Shown here: positions 25,095-37,991 of the stretch, one piece after another | Layout: each line of letters opens with the position of its first letter | Position numbering within the stretch: the stretch's first letter is position 1 | Assembly (NCBI GenBank): GCA_026770705.1 | Contig: JANJGN010000004.1 | Coordinates: 143,158,001-143,222,000, forward strand | Direction: 5' to 3' | Source of the DNA: Isurus oxyrinchus | Lineage: Eukaryota | DNA length: 64,000 bases | Made by a program: the position numbers and the translations under genes | Notes under the pieces: model-generated | Seen by the model: only the letters and a program-made list of their open reading frames with translations | Database searches by the model: none | Told to the model about the DNA's origin: nothing

Positions 25095-25360
25095 AAGTGT
25101 TTTGCAAAAGAAGCAAATGCAAGGTGAGAAAAAACTTTTTCACACAGCAAGTGGTTAGGGTTTGGAATGCACTGCCTGGAAGTGTGGCGGAGGCAGGTTC
25201 AATTGAGGCATTCAAAAGGGCATGGGATGATTATTTAAATAGAAACTCTGCAGGGTTACGGGGAAAAGGCAGGAGATTGGCACTAAGTTAAAATGCTCAG
25301 AGAGCCAATGCAGACACGATGGGCCGAATGGCCTCCTTCTACACCGTAACAATTCTGTGA
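25095..25360 (+). mobile_element. CR1 3' end
   Basis: RKNFFTQQVVRVWNALP...AGSIEAFK, followed by gatgggccgaatggcctccttct. Confidence 0.9.
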
Positions 25361-25578
25361 TTTGGAGGAAATCCCTCCATGAATGTTATAACCTTACAGT
25401 AATGTAACAGAGTTAAACGTTCCTACACAAATGTGTTTTAAAGTCACACAGCATCCTGGGATGCCCAATTTGTTATTTTTTTTGTTCTAAATAAAAGGTC
25501 ATTCTTTATCAGCCACAATTAAGCAGCAGTGTAATATCTATCAAATGAATCTTGGCTGATCAAAATGTTTTATATTAA

Positions 25579-25740
<162 letters not shown>

Positions 25741-26837
25741 TAAGTATAACTGTTTGATGAAGAACCCTACTTGCATAACAAATTCCATTCAGTTCACTTT
25801 TTAGAATGTAACCTTCTGGGATTTGCCCCACATTGGGATGGCTGGGACAGTTTTCATTACTAGGTCATATTTCTTGAGCTTTTCTACTCAATAGAAACCA
25901 AAAGAATTTAACATTCAACATTTAAATCAGTGTGATGCAAATCTCCTCATCTGTAGCTCTGACATGATTCAGTATTCAGATGTATGAGCATTAATGCTAA
26001 GGTCAAGCTGGTTAACTATCTGCTGATTATGCTGAGAATTTTAGAGTAAATTATTTGCATGTTGCAAGCACAGTGTAAACTCAGCTGAAGATTTATTTAA
26101 TTTCCTCCCACTTAAACAGGGAGGCAGTGAATTCAACCTCGATGAGTTATTGTAATTTAGTGGTTACAGTCGAGAAATAGACTCCTACGTTATTTTACAA
26201 ACATTTCTCACTTGTTACATTTTAAATACAGCTGAAAAGTTTGTACAGATACAAATTTAGCTTCACATGCAATCAAAATAATTTATTTTATCTATATAGA
26301 ATGCAGTTGGAACTTTAACCAAAGTGGATAACAGTTTGGGATAAGTAGGGCAGAATGGTGTGGGAGGTTTGGAAATTGCAGATGTGTTGAATTAATTCTT
26401 CACATCAATCTTCATGAATAGAAATTTGTAAATCTAGTCAAGACAGAGTTCTGAACCTTCAAGAGGTTGAAGCCATTAATCATATGTTTGACATAAACTT
26501 AAAGCGTGAACTTTTAAGTGGTTGCTAGAACCAGATCAAGCCCATGAGGTCCGTTTGACCCAGCTGCAAATGTTTCTAAATGACAGAGTACTTATTAGGA
26601 ATAGACTTCAATCAAAACATTTAACTCTTGTCAATTGTTTATTTAAAAGAGAGAGGAAGAAGTAACTGCTGAAAAATTGAAATGTATAGGTTTAAGTATA
26701 GAAAGATAATTAGATATTTCTTATATAAGTTTCAGAAAACTATAGGACTGCCCAAAGTATATTTAACTAGAGTAATTCGATCTGATTCCAGTCCTGAATT
26801 ATTTTTAAGTCTTTTGTTTCACAAATAATGTTACTAA

Positions 26838-27083
<246 letters not shown>

Positions 27084-27319
27084 TAGCTAGAAGTTGCAGA
27101 AAAGAATAGGGTAGATAAAAAGAGTCTGATGGTATTTGAGAATTGTGATATAGTGGGGAGAAGCCTGGACATGGCATTTGAAAATAACTAGATATTGTAT
27201 TAGAATTGAACTTAGAGGGTAAAAAGTGGGTATTCTATTGTTGCATTGATTTGAATGTATGCATTAATTAACAAATATATAGGTGCTGGGTCAGGTAAGG
27301 AAGTGAGCCATATCAGGAA

Positions 27320-27630
27320 AAAAAGACTTGCATTTATAAAGTGCCTTTCAGAATCTCAGGGCTTCCCTTAAACATCTTATAACCAATGAAGTACTTATGA
27401 AGTGTACTGACTGTTCTAATGTAGAAAACTCAGCAGTCAATTTGTGTACAGCAAGCAACCACAAACAGCAATTTGATAATAATGAGATAATCAATTTCAC
27501 ACAAAAACAGATTGAGGGATAAATATTGGCCAGGTTATTGTGGATAACTCCCCTGCTTTTCTTTGAAGTAATGTCATGGGATCTTTAATGAGAAAGCATA
27601 CGATACTTCGCTTTACCATCTCATCTGAAA
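27320..27630 (-). mobile_element. Deu-domain SINE fragment
   Basis: gacttgcatttata...cacaaacagcaat...tgagggataaatattggccagg...catgggatct...tctcatctgaaa. Confidence 0.75.
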
Positions 27631-27766
27631 TAAAGGGAGTTTGATGAAATATGTAAATTGCAATATGCCTAATAACATTTTAGTAAAACACGCTCTGGCT
27701 GCATAATTTCATTTTAATCCATAGAATTTGAGAAACTGTTGTCTCAGGGTTATTTTATGCTTTTAA

Positions 27767-28360
<594 letters not shown>

Positions 28361-29079
28361 ATTAAATTAATTAAATTAGCACCTTCCAAGATAAATGAAA
28401 ATTGGGGAGCAGAAGGAGCAGAAGAACCAAAAAAAAGAACAACCTATATCTGCCTAAACGTTTCTGCCATAGGCTATTCTGTCCAGTTAAAATGTGTTCT
28501 GTTTGAAGCAAGCAGTATAAATCTTTAAAAGTTGCGTGCAAAACAGTTGCACCTATTCCTTTTTTTTTTAAATGAGCAATGTTAAAAGTATTAGCTCTAC
28601 CTTTAGAATAAACGTAAAAGAAATATTGGGCAAGACTTTTTAAGAATGTTCCAGTGCTCCTGAGAATGAGAGTGCCCTCTGTTGGCTGGTTTCATGTCCA
28701 ATTTCTTGTGACTGCAATAATGCTTGTTCTTGGCAGTTTGTTTTCCAGTTCATAATTTTCGCTGTCTTTCTGAATGACATTTGATTCAGTGAAGTGCAAG
28801 TAACACAGTTCAACTCCTGAGACTGATTGTAAAATGCACTTCTAGTACAAGCTTTATTGCATATTTTATTAACCTCAATGAATCCAGGAACCAGTGAAAT
28901 TTTATTTGTGATTTTGAAGAATTCTGTTCTCTCTTGGACAACACCTATATAGTTTATATTTTTCCAGGTTCATTTTACAATTTAAAGAAAGAAGATCAAT
29001 GCAACCATTTTATTTTTTGTAAGAAAAGGGAGAACTGGACAAGCATAGAGGGAATGTTGTGGCTACAGCTCACAGGGAA

Positions 29080-29600
29080 AGGGAACAGAGGCCAGAGCGC
29101 ATGGGAAAGGAGATAGTGACAAAAGCACATGGAGTGAGGCCATTGTCAGCAGCACACAGAGGTGGGGACGGCAGCAACAATAGAGAGAGAGGGGTGGCAG
29201 CAGCAGCAAAGCATGGGAAAGGGGGGCCAGTGACAACAGTGCATGGGAAAAGGGGGCCAGTGGCAATGGTGCATGAGAAAAGGGGGTTCAACAGCAACAG
29301 TGCATGGGAAAAGGGGGCCAGCGGCAACGGTGCATGGGGAAAGGGGGCCAGCGGCAACGGTGCATGGGAAAAGGGGGCCAGCAGCAACGGTGCATGGGAA
29401 AAGGGAGCCAGTGGCAACGGTGCATGGGTAAGGGGGGCCAGCAGCAACAGTGCATGGGGAAGGGGGCCCGTGGCAATGGTGCATGGGAAAGGGGGCGAGC
29501 AGCAGCTGTGCATGGGAAAGGGGTGCAGCATGAAAGAACATGTAGAGAGGTAGGGTACAGCACCAACAGCACATGGAACAGTGGGAGCAGCAGGGGCAAT
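29080..29600. repeat. 30-bp minisatellite (gtgcatgggaaaagggggccagcggcaacg)n
   Basis: About 10 well-conserved units between ~29210 and 29520 with degenerate flanking units, in the last intron. Confidence 0.95.
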
Positions 29601-30184
29601 ACTAACTGAGGTAGGGCAGCGCTGGCCTTAGAGGACAAAGAGGCAGTGGTCACAAAGGGAGAGGGGTTGCAGTTTGTAGTTGAAACAGAAAATATATGAA
29701 CTTTTAAGAATACGTTAGATGGATGATTGCAGGGAAAGAGACTAAAGCGATATGGGGAAAAAAGTGGGCATGTGCAATTTGAGCTGCTGCTTGAATGCAG
29801 GATTGTTTGGGCTAAATGTTTCCATGTTGTAATTCCTATTTAATCCTATATAGATTTTAAACCCAAACATATGACTGGTTGATTGTTGGAGTATTGGATG
29901 CCAATGGAGTAGTAGTCTCCCTTTTCAACAAAATGGTGACATAGTTGAATCTTAAACCCATCTGTCAGAATTGACAGTTTTAATCTATGATGAGTTGGCT
30001 TAGAAATGTTTAATTTTGGAGTGAGAAAGTTGGAGAAAAGGAAACCTTTTTGTATTCCAGGTTTGCATTGCACCATGCTTTTGTTTTGCATTGCTAGGGA
30101 AATACCCCTTCCTTTTTATTGTTGAAATGTCCTTTTTCATAGGTATAGTAAAAATCTAAAAATCGAGCTTAAGAAAGTAATTAA

Positions 30185-30496
<312 letters not shown>

Positions 30497-32874
30497 GTGA
30501 CTAGCATAATAAAGCTGGACTTCAAAATACTCTTCTAGATTTGAAACTAAAATCAAAGCCACTTCTTTGGGATTAGAACAAAAGGAAAACTTTAAACCAT
30601 TGTGGAAACAGCATATCGCTAAAATACAGAGCACAGATCAACCTGCTCATTTCAAATGCTTCCTCTGGTTCTCAGGGTGAATAAATGTCTTAACAATTTG
30701 AAAACTAAAAGCAGGAATGATGTCACATTTCTAATACCATAGGTCATTTATCACTGTTCTTTGATGAAACTTTGGGATTACTGGAGGTTATCAACAAAAG
30801 ATAATTTGCCCTAATTGGTTGGTAAACCAGCAGGCCAGAAGTAATGGTATAACTATGAATAGGATTAAACTTTGATGGTCTTAAATCCCCATTTCCACTT
30901 ATAAATTTGCATTTGCTGTGAAATTACAGCTCATCTGAATTTTAAGTGCAGTCAAAATTTAGCAAAGGACTAGAAATGCAACATAAATCTTTGGAATTAC
31001 TCTACAAAATGCCAGTCTGGCTAATGTACAGTTTAACTTGAATCTCACCATTTTTGTTGCCTCTCAGTTTTTCCCATCATGCAGTAACTGGACTCTGTTT
31101 CTTCATTGCAGAAACATAGTTATGTAAACATTGAGAAAATGGGAAAAGGAATCCTTTCTTTTCTTTACTCCCCAAGTGCATATCAGTTCTAATCCCATCG
31201 TGTTTTTGAATACAGCAAGAGGATTGACTTTTAAATAATTGTAAATTTTGAGCTAATGATGGTAAGCAATCTAGTTTGAGCAACAAAAAATTATATTGAC
31301 AGATTCCTAACAGAAACTGAGCCGTAAGTTAAAATGAGATGTGTTTATCCTTCTGTTGGACAATCCAGCAATTTTCACTGTGAAGAAGTCTTTGCAGTTG
31401 GAATTTAAATGTAACTACTGTATATTACAGTAAAGGTTAAATATTTCAGACTTTTAAGGGAACAAATTTCTTTGAAATTGTGGCTGTTGCTGTAAGAGAG
31501 TTTGACTTAATACTTGATGTGAGACATTAGGTGGGTGATTTTTTTTATTCAAAAAAAATATTGTTTTTGTATTGTCCAAAAAGCCCTGCAGTACTGCAGA
31601 ACTCTGATACTCTGGCTGTCTGAGTACTGGAAGCATGTGTTTATAAAGCACATCAACTGTGACTGCATTAATTTAAAGATTATGGTCCCCAATTCTTACA
31701 TAACACTCTGAGATCTAGTGAATGAATCATCATCTGCTGGGTGTTGATTTTTTTTTTATGTTTGATGTCGCAGCATCAAAACTTCTCTACAATATAATCT
31801 GCTACTGAATTCTGATTTTCATTTTAGACAGACAGTCACAACATTACAAATGAAATGTTTAAAATCTTGATTACTGGTGTTGAAGTGCATTAAACAATGC
31901 CTTGCAGTTATATACAACTTTTCATTTACCAAAACAGCACAAAGGACTTTACCGGATGATTGATGATATTAAGTAGTAAGTAGAAGAAAAGTCTATTAAG
32001 CAATTCCATATGATAAAGGGTAGTGTGATTAAAATATTCTCCATTAGCTATTTTAACATTTCCTTTCCGATTTTAACATTTTAGAGATGCTGATAAATGA
32101 AAAGATAAGGTAATGGATACTTTTGAATTTCTTTAAAATTATTTAAACATGTTTTAATAATCAATAGTCTATAAAAGCTGATTGCACTACTCCCCCTCCC
32201 ATTATGTTGAATTTCAATATTTGGTATAGGAAAAAATAACAAGAAAATGTAAAGTGCCAAGCAGCTTTTCCCCTTTTTGTTGTCATATTTTACCTTGTAT
32301 ATTTATTGCAGAACAACATATGTTCTTGTGGACCAATTAAAGGCTATGAGTTCAGGAAAAATGTGTAAGTTTATATTTTATTTGTAAGTAATTGATAGAA
32401 ATGCTGCACATGATTAAATAGTCCTCAGCCTATAAATTTTAATCCAGTTTACTAAGGACATGCTAATAAGGAATTCATTTCAAGCTTTCAATAATCCTAT
32501 TGGATTTTGTCATTTAGAGTACAAATTGTTATAGCATCTTTGAACAATTCTGTTTAAGACGTATCATAATCTGGTCAAAAAGTGCAAAATGTAGTTCTAT
32601 CCATATTTTTCCGATACAAGTCTTTTGATAGATCATCTGCTATCCGTTTTAAACAATGTTTCCTTTGAATGGCAAGTTCAATTTTGCATCTAAATTTATA
32701 TATGTGAAGCACATTTACAGCAGATGCAAATAAAATAATTAAATTTATCAGGTAATGTTGAAATTCAATTTATAGAATGAAGCGCCAAAAACCAAATGTT
32801 AAGCTCATCTCTGACCATCTATAGTGAGACATGTTTGCTTGTTATACTTTTAACATTTAGTTGTAATAGCTGCT

Positions 32875-33133
32875 CAGGGGGTGCCAGTTAACTCAGTTGG
32901 CTAGACAGATGGCATGTGGATCAGATAATGCCTACATCACTGGGTTCGATCCCTGTTCTGGCTGAGGTAGATTTGGGGCCTGCCTCCTCGCCCTACCTGT
33001 CGAGACAAAATCGCGCCACTTGCCTGTGGCTCCACAAATAATTTTTTTTTTAAATTGCTTCGTGGGATTTGGGCATCGCTGGCTAATAGTCATCATGGAC
33101 CTGCCTTTGGGCAGACAACTCAAGAAGGAGAAG
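32875..33133 (+). mobile_element. tRNA-derived SINE with (GAA)-type tail and 10-bp TSD
   Basis: A-box-like taactcagttgg, B-box gggttcgatccc, tail aagaaggagaaga, and TSD aatagctgct (32865-32874 / 33134-33143). Confidence 0.85.
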
Positions 33134-34529
33134 AATAGCTGCTACATTGTATACAGTTCTGTCCTAAGCGAATAAAATTGGTCCTTTCATCTTCCTTGAT
33201 TTTTCTAATAGCATCTTCCCCAGTGAATGTGACTGTTTTACTGACATCATAAGCTTGAATGAGGTATGGTCATATTATTGGATTTGTTGCCAGACTTGAA
33301 ATCAAAATTGTCATAAATCTGAATTGGCCTTGAATTGATTTAATTGTTTGTCATTACAAATTGATCTCTACAGACAAAATTATATGTTATTTATCAGTCT
33401 CTATTCCACACTAATACAGAAAGACAGAAGTAATAGTAAAGTTTTGTAGGCATTACTAGCAAGATTGAATAATGGTTAGCACCCCGATCCTTCTTTCAAA
33501 AGCTATGGACAGATGTGGTTTGCTGCAACTCATCTGGGCAGTTTATGAATTATTCAATACTAGCTGAAGTTGGCATTGACCATTGTCAGACTACTGCTGG
33601 AGAGCTACAGGCATTGGGTAAAATTAAACAAAGCAATTGTTTCCCAAACTTTATACAAGGCACTCTTGCCCTCAAATCAAGGTGACTATTTTAGTAATTA
33701 TTAATAAAGTACCTTGTGCAGTGTGACCATGCAAAGGTGAAATCCCATCCAAATAGTTGTAGATCTGAGATGTGATTAGTAAATTAGGGTGACTTAGTCC
33801 ATGAAGAGTATGAAGGATGATAAATCCAACATTATGTGTATGCTGAGTTTCAGTATCAAAATTTGACTTGTCATGGGGAAGACTTTAAAATCAATGAAGT
33901 CAAAATTCTGGGAGAGCGTTTGAACATTTATAATCCCGATTCATAGTTCTAAAGTTGGCACATCAAACATAAATATGTAATCAGGTAATCTGTGGCACAT
34001 GGATAACCATCCATAGCCAGCAGCAATTGTCTGAAGCCTTTCTAAAGAATTGTATACTTAAATTTGTTGTTTAGTTAGTACAGTATTGCATGCCAAGGAC
34101 TTGTAGCCTTTCTTTTTAATAAATCACTTTTATTGATTTGAATACAGCGGCATATGTGCATATGTGGGTGGCTGTTGCTTGGTACAATAAGATATATGTT
34201 GCAGTAAAACCACTGTTAATTGGTCACCTTAGGGTCTATACTAAATTGGTTACTTAAGACAGATGTTCTTTCAACCTGGGAAATGTACTTTAGATTTACA
34301 CACTAAATCCAACCAAAATGATGCCTGTAAATACTCATTTTATTTAATGTAGGTTCGTCATTCAATTTACTTCCTTATTGGAAGCAATGTTCCCTTTAAA
34401 ATTTAGTTGTGCATGGCCCTTTTTTCAGTATATGGTCCCTTTAAATTATTTTCTGTGATCGTGGAGATGCATTCTTACTAATAGAACAAGGCCCTCATGG
34501 TAGCTTTTCGGGCTGGGCAGCTTAGCAGC

Positions 34530-34950
34530 AACATTGATTGGGAGTGTGCGATTTTAGTGGCTAGTAATCCAGAAACCTAAACTAATAATCCAGAGAATAT
34601 AAATTCAAATCCTATCATTTTAACTCAATTTTATATTTAAAAAAAAAATCAAACCTGGGGGAAAAAAAAGTTAGTGTCCATAAAATTGTAGGATTTTTGT
34701 AAAAACCCAACAGGTTCACTAATATCCTTTCAGGGAAAGAAAACTGGATCTTTATCTGGTCTGGCCTATACGTGATTCCAGTCCCAGAATAATGTCATTC
34801 ACTCTTAACTTGCAAGCCTCTCTGTTATATCAAACTGCTACAAAGAAAACTGCAATGGTTCAACAAGTTGTTCCACCACCAGCACCTTGGGGAAGCAAAG
34901 TATAGACAATAAATGCTGGCCTTAACATAATTGATCGCATCACAAGAATT
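34530..34950 (+). mobile_element. SINE carrying the LINE-family-A 3' tail
   Basis: ctagtaatccaga...ttcaaatcc...ggttcactaatatccttt...ctggtctggcctat...caataaatgctggcc. Same family as 62915-63245. Confidence 0.7.
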
Positions 34951-36699
34951 AATTTAAAATTAATATGTGATTGAAATAAACTAGCAGCACTGAGTTCTGT
35001 CACATTTTAGATACTAGTAAATGACTAGGCCACAGCACCATCATTATTTGGGTTAAAATTCAGTTATTTTCTTATTGTATACCTTGTTTTGCTACCTGCT
35101 CAATCCTTCATTGCAACTTGAGATATTCTTTCTGGGAGAATTCTGTATAATTAAAATTGTACTTTCTATTTGCTTCACACACTATGATCATTTTATTAGA
35201 AGTATATGTTTCTCTGTCTTTATTTGATTCTAGTACTTTTTTTTTAAAGGAATATCTTGTGTGAAGACCATCACAAATAATGCAGCTCTCCTATTGCAAA
35301 ACTTGGCAAAAAGATGACCCACTCATTCTTACTTTCCAGTAAAGGGCCCTCAATAGCAGAAATTTAATTCCCCTTGAGACATATTTGCCTATCAGGTATT
35401 AACATAAGTGGATACCATTATGAGCAAAACACAAGGTACTGTATATAGCAATAATCCAAAGATTTTGTGAATGATATTCCATGAATATGATCTATTCTTG
35501 GTATCTGGTTAATACACAAGTTGGTTATAAAAGATCTTCATAAATTGGATGAAGAGTATAAAGTTGTAGTTACCATTAAAAATATTTTATATATTTTTTA
35601 AAAGCATACATTAGCACACAATGCTATTAAACCAAATGGTTTACTACAGAACTATCTCTTGTATACACTTCTAAACTAACTGGCATAGTGAGTTCTCACT
35701 CTTAGTTTGGTCACCCACCAAATGGACTAAGGAACACATTATTGCATTATCAAACCTGAAAATGAAACCTTGGGGAAACTCAAAGAGGAAAAAAAATTAC
35801 TGTTGATGTGTTCAACATTCAACTATTTTTTGATGCACTGTTCTAGATTGGATTTTTTAATTCTCGTACAACTCTAAGCTGGCTTTCACTTCTCTGAGGG
35901 CTTGACAACCAGGGAAATAACTTGCTTTTTTAACAGCCCCAAGTATTACATTGCATTTAGTTGACATAGGTTACTGCTTTGTGACTGAACCCATAAAAGG
36001 TTTATCGGTGATTATTACAAATCAGGTGTGTTTGCTTTAAAATATGCATCTGCCAGTTTTAGTTGTAAATTTTCCAATCCTCTTCGGCGACAGCTAAAAA
36101 GTTTTTAATAGCTAAAGGCAATATGATATTTGAGGTTGCCTCAGCCCAAATAGTTTAACATAAATCACTGCTTAATGCGAACCATAAAATTACACCTTTC
36201 ATTTAAACACAAAGTTATAGCAGTTTAATTATATCACTGTTATTGCCTATGTACTGCCAATGGACTGAGATCCTTATCCAAGTGATTTCATGTTGATTTT
36301 TGCCATTAAAACAAAAGCGCATTATTTCATTGCACACCAATTCATAATATATTTCAGAAAATGTGTCCCATTAGATGATGTTACAAATGAACTAGTAGTA
36401 TCCATAACATTTCCATAGATTCTGCCTGGTCTCGGTGTTTACAGTTTTCCTGTTTTCATTTGGTTTCCAGTATCTGTAGCTTTTGCTCTCTGCAGTAGTA
36501 AGAAGTGCGCCTGGGTGTTTGCATTCTAATGAAGTTACCTCAGAATTTGACAAACTATTTCAATCTCCAGATATTTCCAAAGATTATCTCATTTTATTAA
36601 TGTAGCCATTAAATACGTAACCAATGTAGATTTATCCTTCACAAAATAGTAGAACTGCCTGCTGCTTTTTCGGTAAATTTAGCTGCTGTAATGCATGCC

Positions 36700-37075
36700 T
36701 TGGCTCAGTGGTAACACTCATGCCTCTGAAGTATAAAGTTCAAGCTCGGCTGTAGGACTAGAGCACATAATCTAGGCTGACACCTCAATGTAACACTGCT
36801 TTGTCAGAAGTCCCATGTGCCTATTCAGGTAGACATAAAAGTTCCTGTGGAACTATTAAAGAAGAGCTGGAGTGCTCTCCTGGTGTCCTCTCCAATAACC
36901 AGTGTGACCAAAATTGATTGGTCAGTTATCTCATTGTGGCATCTTGCTGTGCACACATTGATGACTGTGTTTACCTATGTTACAACAGTGACTACTTCTA
37001 CAGTACATCAGTGACTGTAAAGTGTTTTGGGAAGACTTGAGGATGTAAGAGATGCTTTATAAATGGCAGTTTATT
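36700..37075 (+). mobile_element. Deu-domain SINE, near full length
   Basis: A-box tggctcagtgg (36701), B-box-like gttcaagc, gagcacataatctaggctgacac, Deu domain and tail. Confidence 0.8.
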
Positions 37076-37991
37076 CATTCCATTGCATTTCATGGCTGAT
37101 ATGCCACAACTCTTTTACATCATGCCTCGGTATCTTCAGATATCACTGCTATGTTTTTATGTGTGCATTGAAGTTGAGAACAATATTTGGTATTTTCACA
37201 CTCCCATCCTTATGTTTTTATGCCATCCAACAATGGAAGAAATGAAAATGTAAATTAGTCTGTACGATTGTTGGCAGACAACCATTGAATTGTACCAGCT
37301 CCTAATATAGAAGCTCTTTTGAGTACAGTAAGCATGAATATAGCATCAGTGTTTGTGTATATGAAATTTGTACATTAAATTGGTTTTCTGTTTGCCTACA
37401 ATACGAAAGCACATATGACAGGAAAGCTATCTAAAAAAAAATGTCACAAGAAATTTGCTGGTGGAACAGCTGCCGTTTGAAGTTTTTGTGTAAATAAAAG
37501 TTCCCACTTGATTGCAGATTCTTGTGAATTTCTTTTTTAAGTCATAGTCTATAACAAAATGTTTGATGTGTGGTACTAGTTTATCTTTTCATCATTTGGA
37601 ATTTCTGGTTTCCATGCCAGATGACTACAATATTTGACAAGATAAGCATGGGAAAGAATCATAGCTCTTGCACCCTACAGCAGCAACTGTTTCTTAATCA
37701 AGGTTTCACCCCTATACTCCAATGTTGATCATAGTGAAGAAACACTTACTGACATTAGTCTTAAATGTTACTTGAAATTGTGTTTTGGCTTATGCTTATA
37801 GTATCGTTTGACTTTTCTTTTGGATTCACTTTTTCTAAGCTATTTTCTGTTTTGTATACCTCCATAAGATCATGTCCCGGTCACCACTTTTGTGGTGGAA
37901 AAACCAATGCTTTTTTCTGTTTCCTCATATCTTAGGCACTAGGGGTCAGCCTTGTGGCAGTTCTTTGAACTGCATTCAAGTTTTGAAGTCT

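Larger units (their letters stand above)
30497..37520 (+). other. TMEM161B: Putative TMEM161B 3' UTR, extent uncertain (candidate poly(A) signals at 32729, 33171, 37493)
   Basis: AT-rich and nearly free of LINEs, unlike the flanks. Several AATAAA hexamers; the distal one has TGTA motifs upstream and T-rich sequence downstream. Confidence 0.45.

Noticed and set aside
29200-29530. CRISPR-like regular repeat
   Set aside because: Head-to-tail units with no unique spacers, no cas genes, and a eukaryotic context.
29059-29653. Stack of overlapping repetitive ORFs (AWEKGASGNG, MGKGGQRQRC, etc.)
   Set aside because: By-product of a 30-bp stop-free minisatellite in an intron; no splice or codon evidence for a protein.
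32877-32965. tRNA gene
   Set aside because: A and B boxes are present but there is no proper cloverleaf. It continues into a SINE body with tail and TSD.
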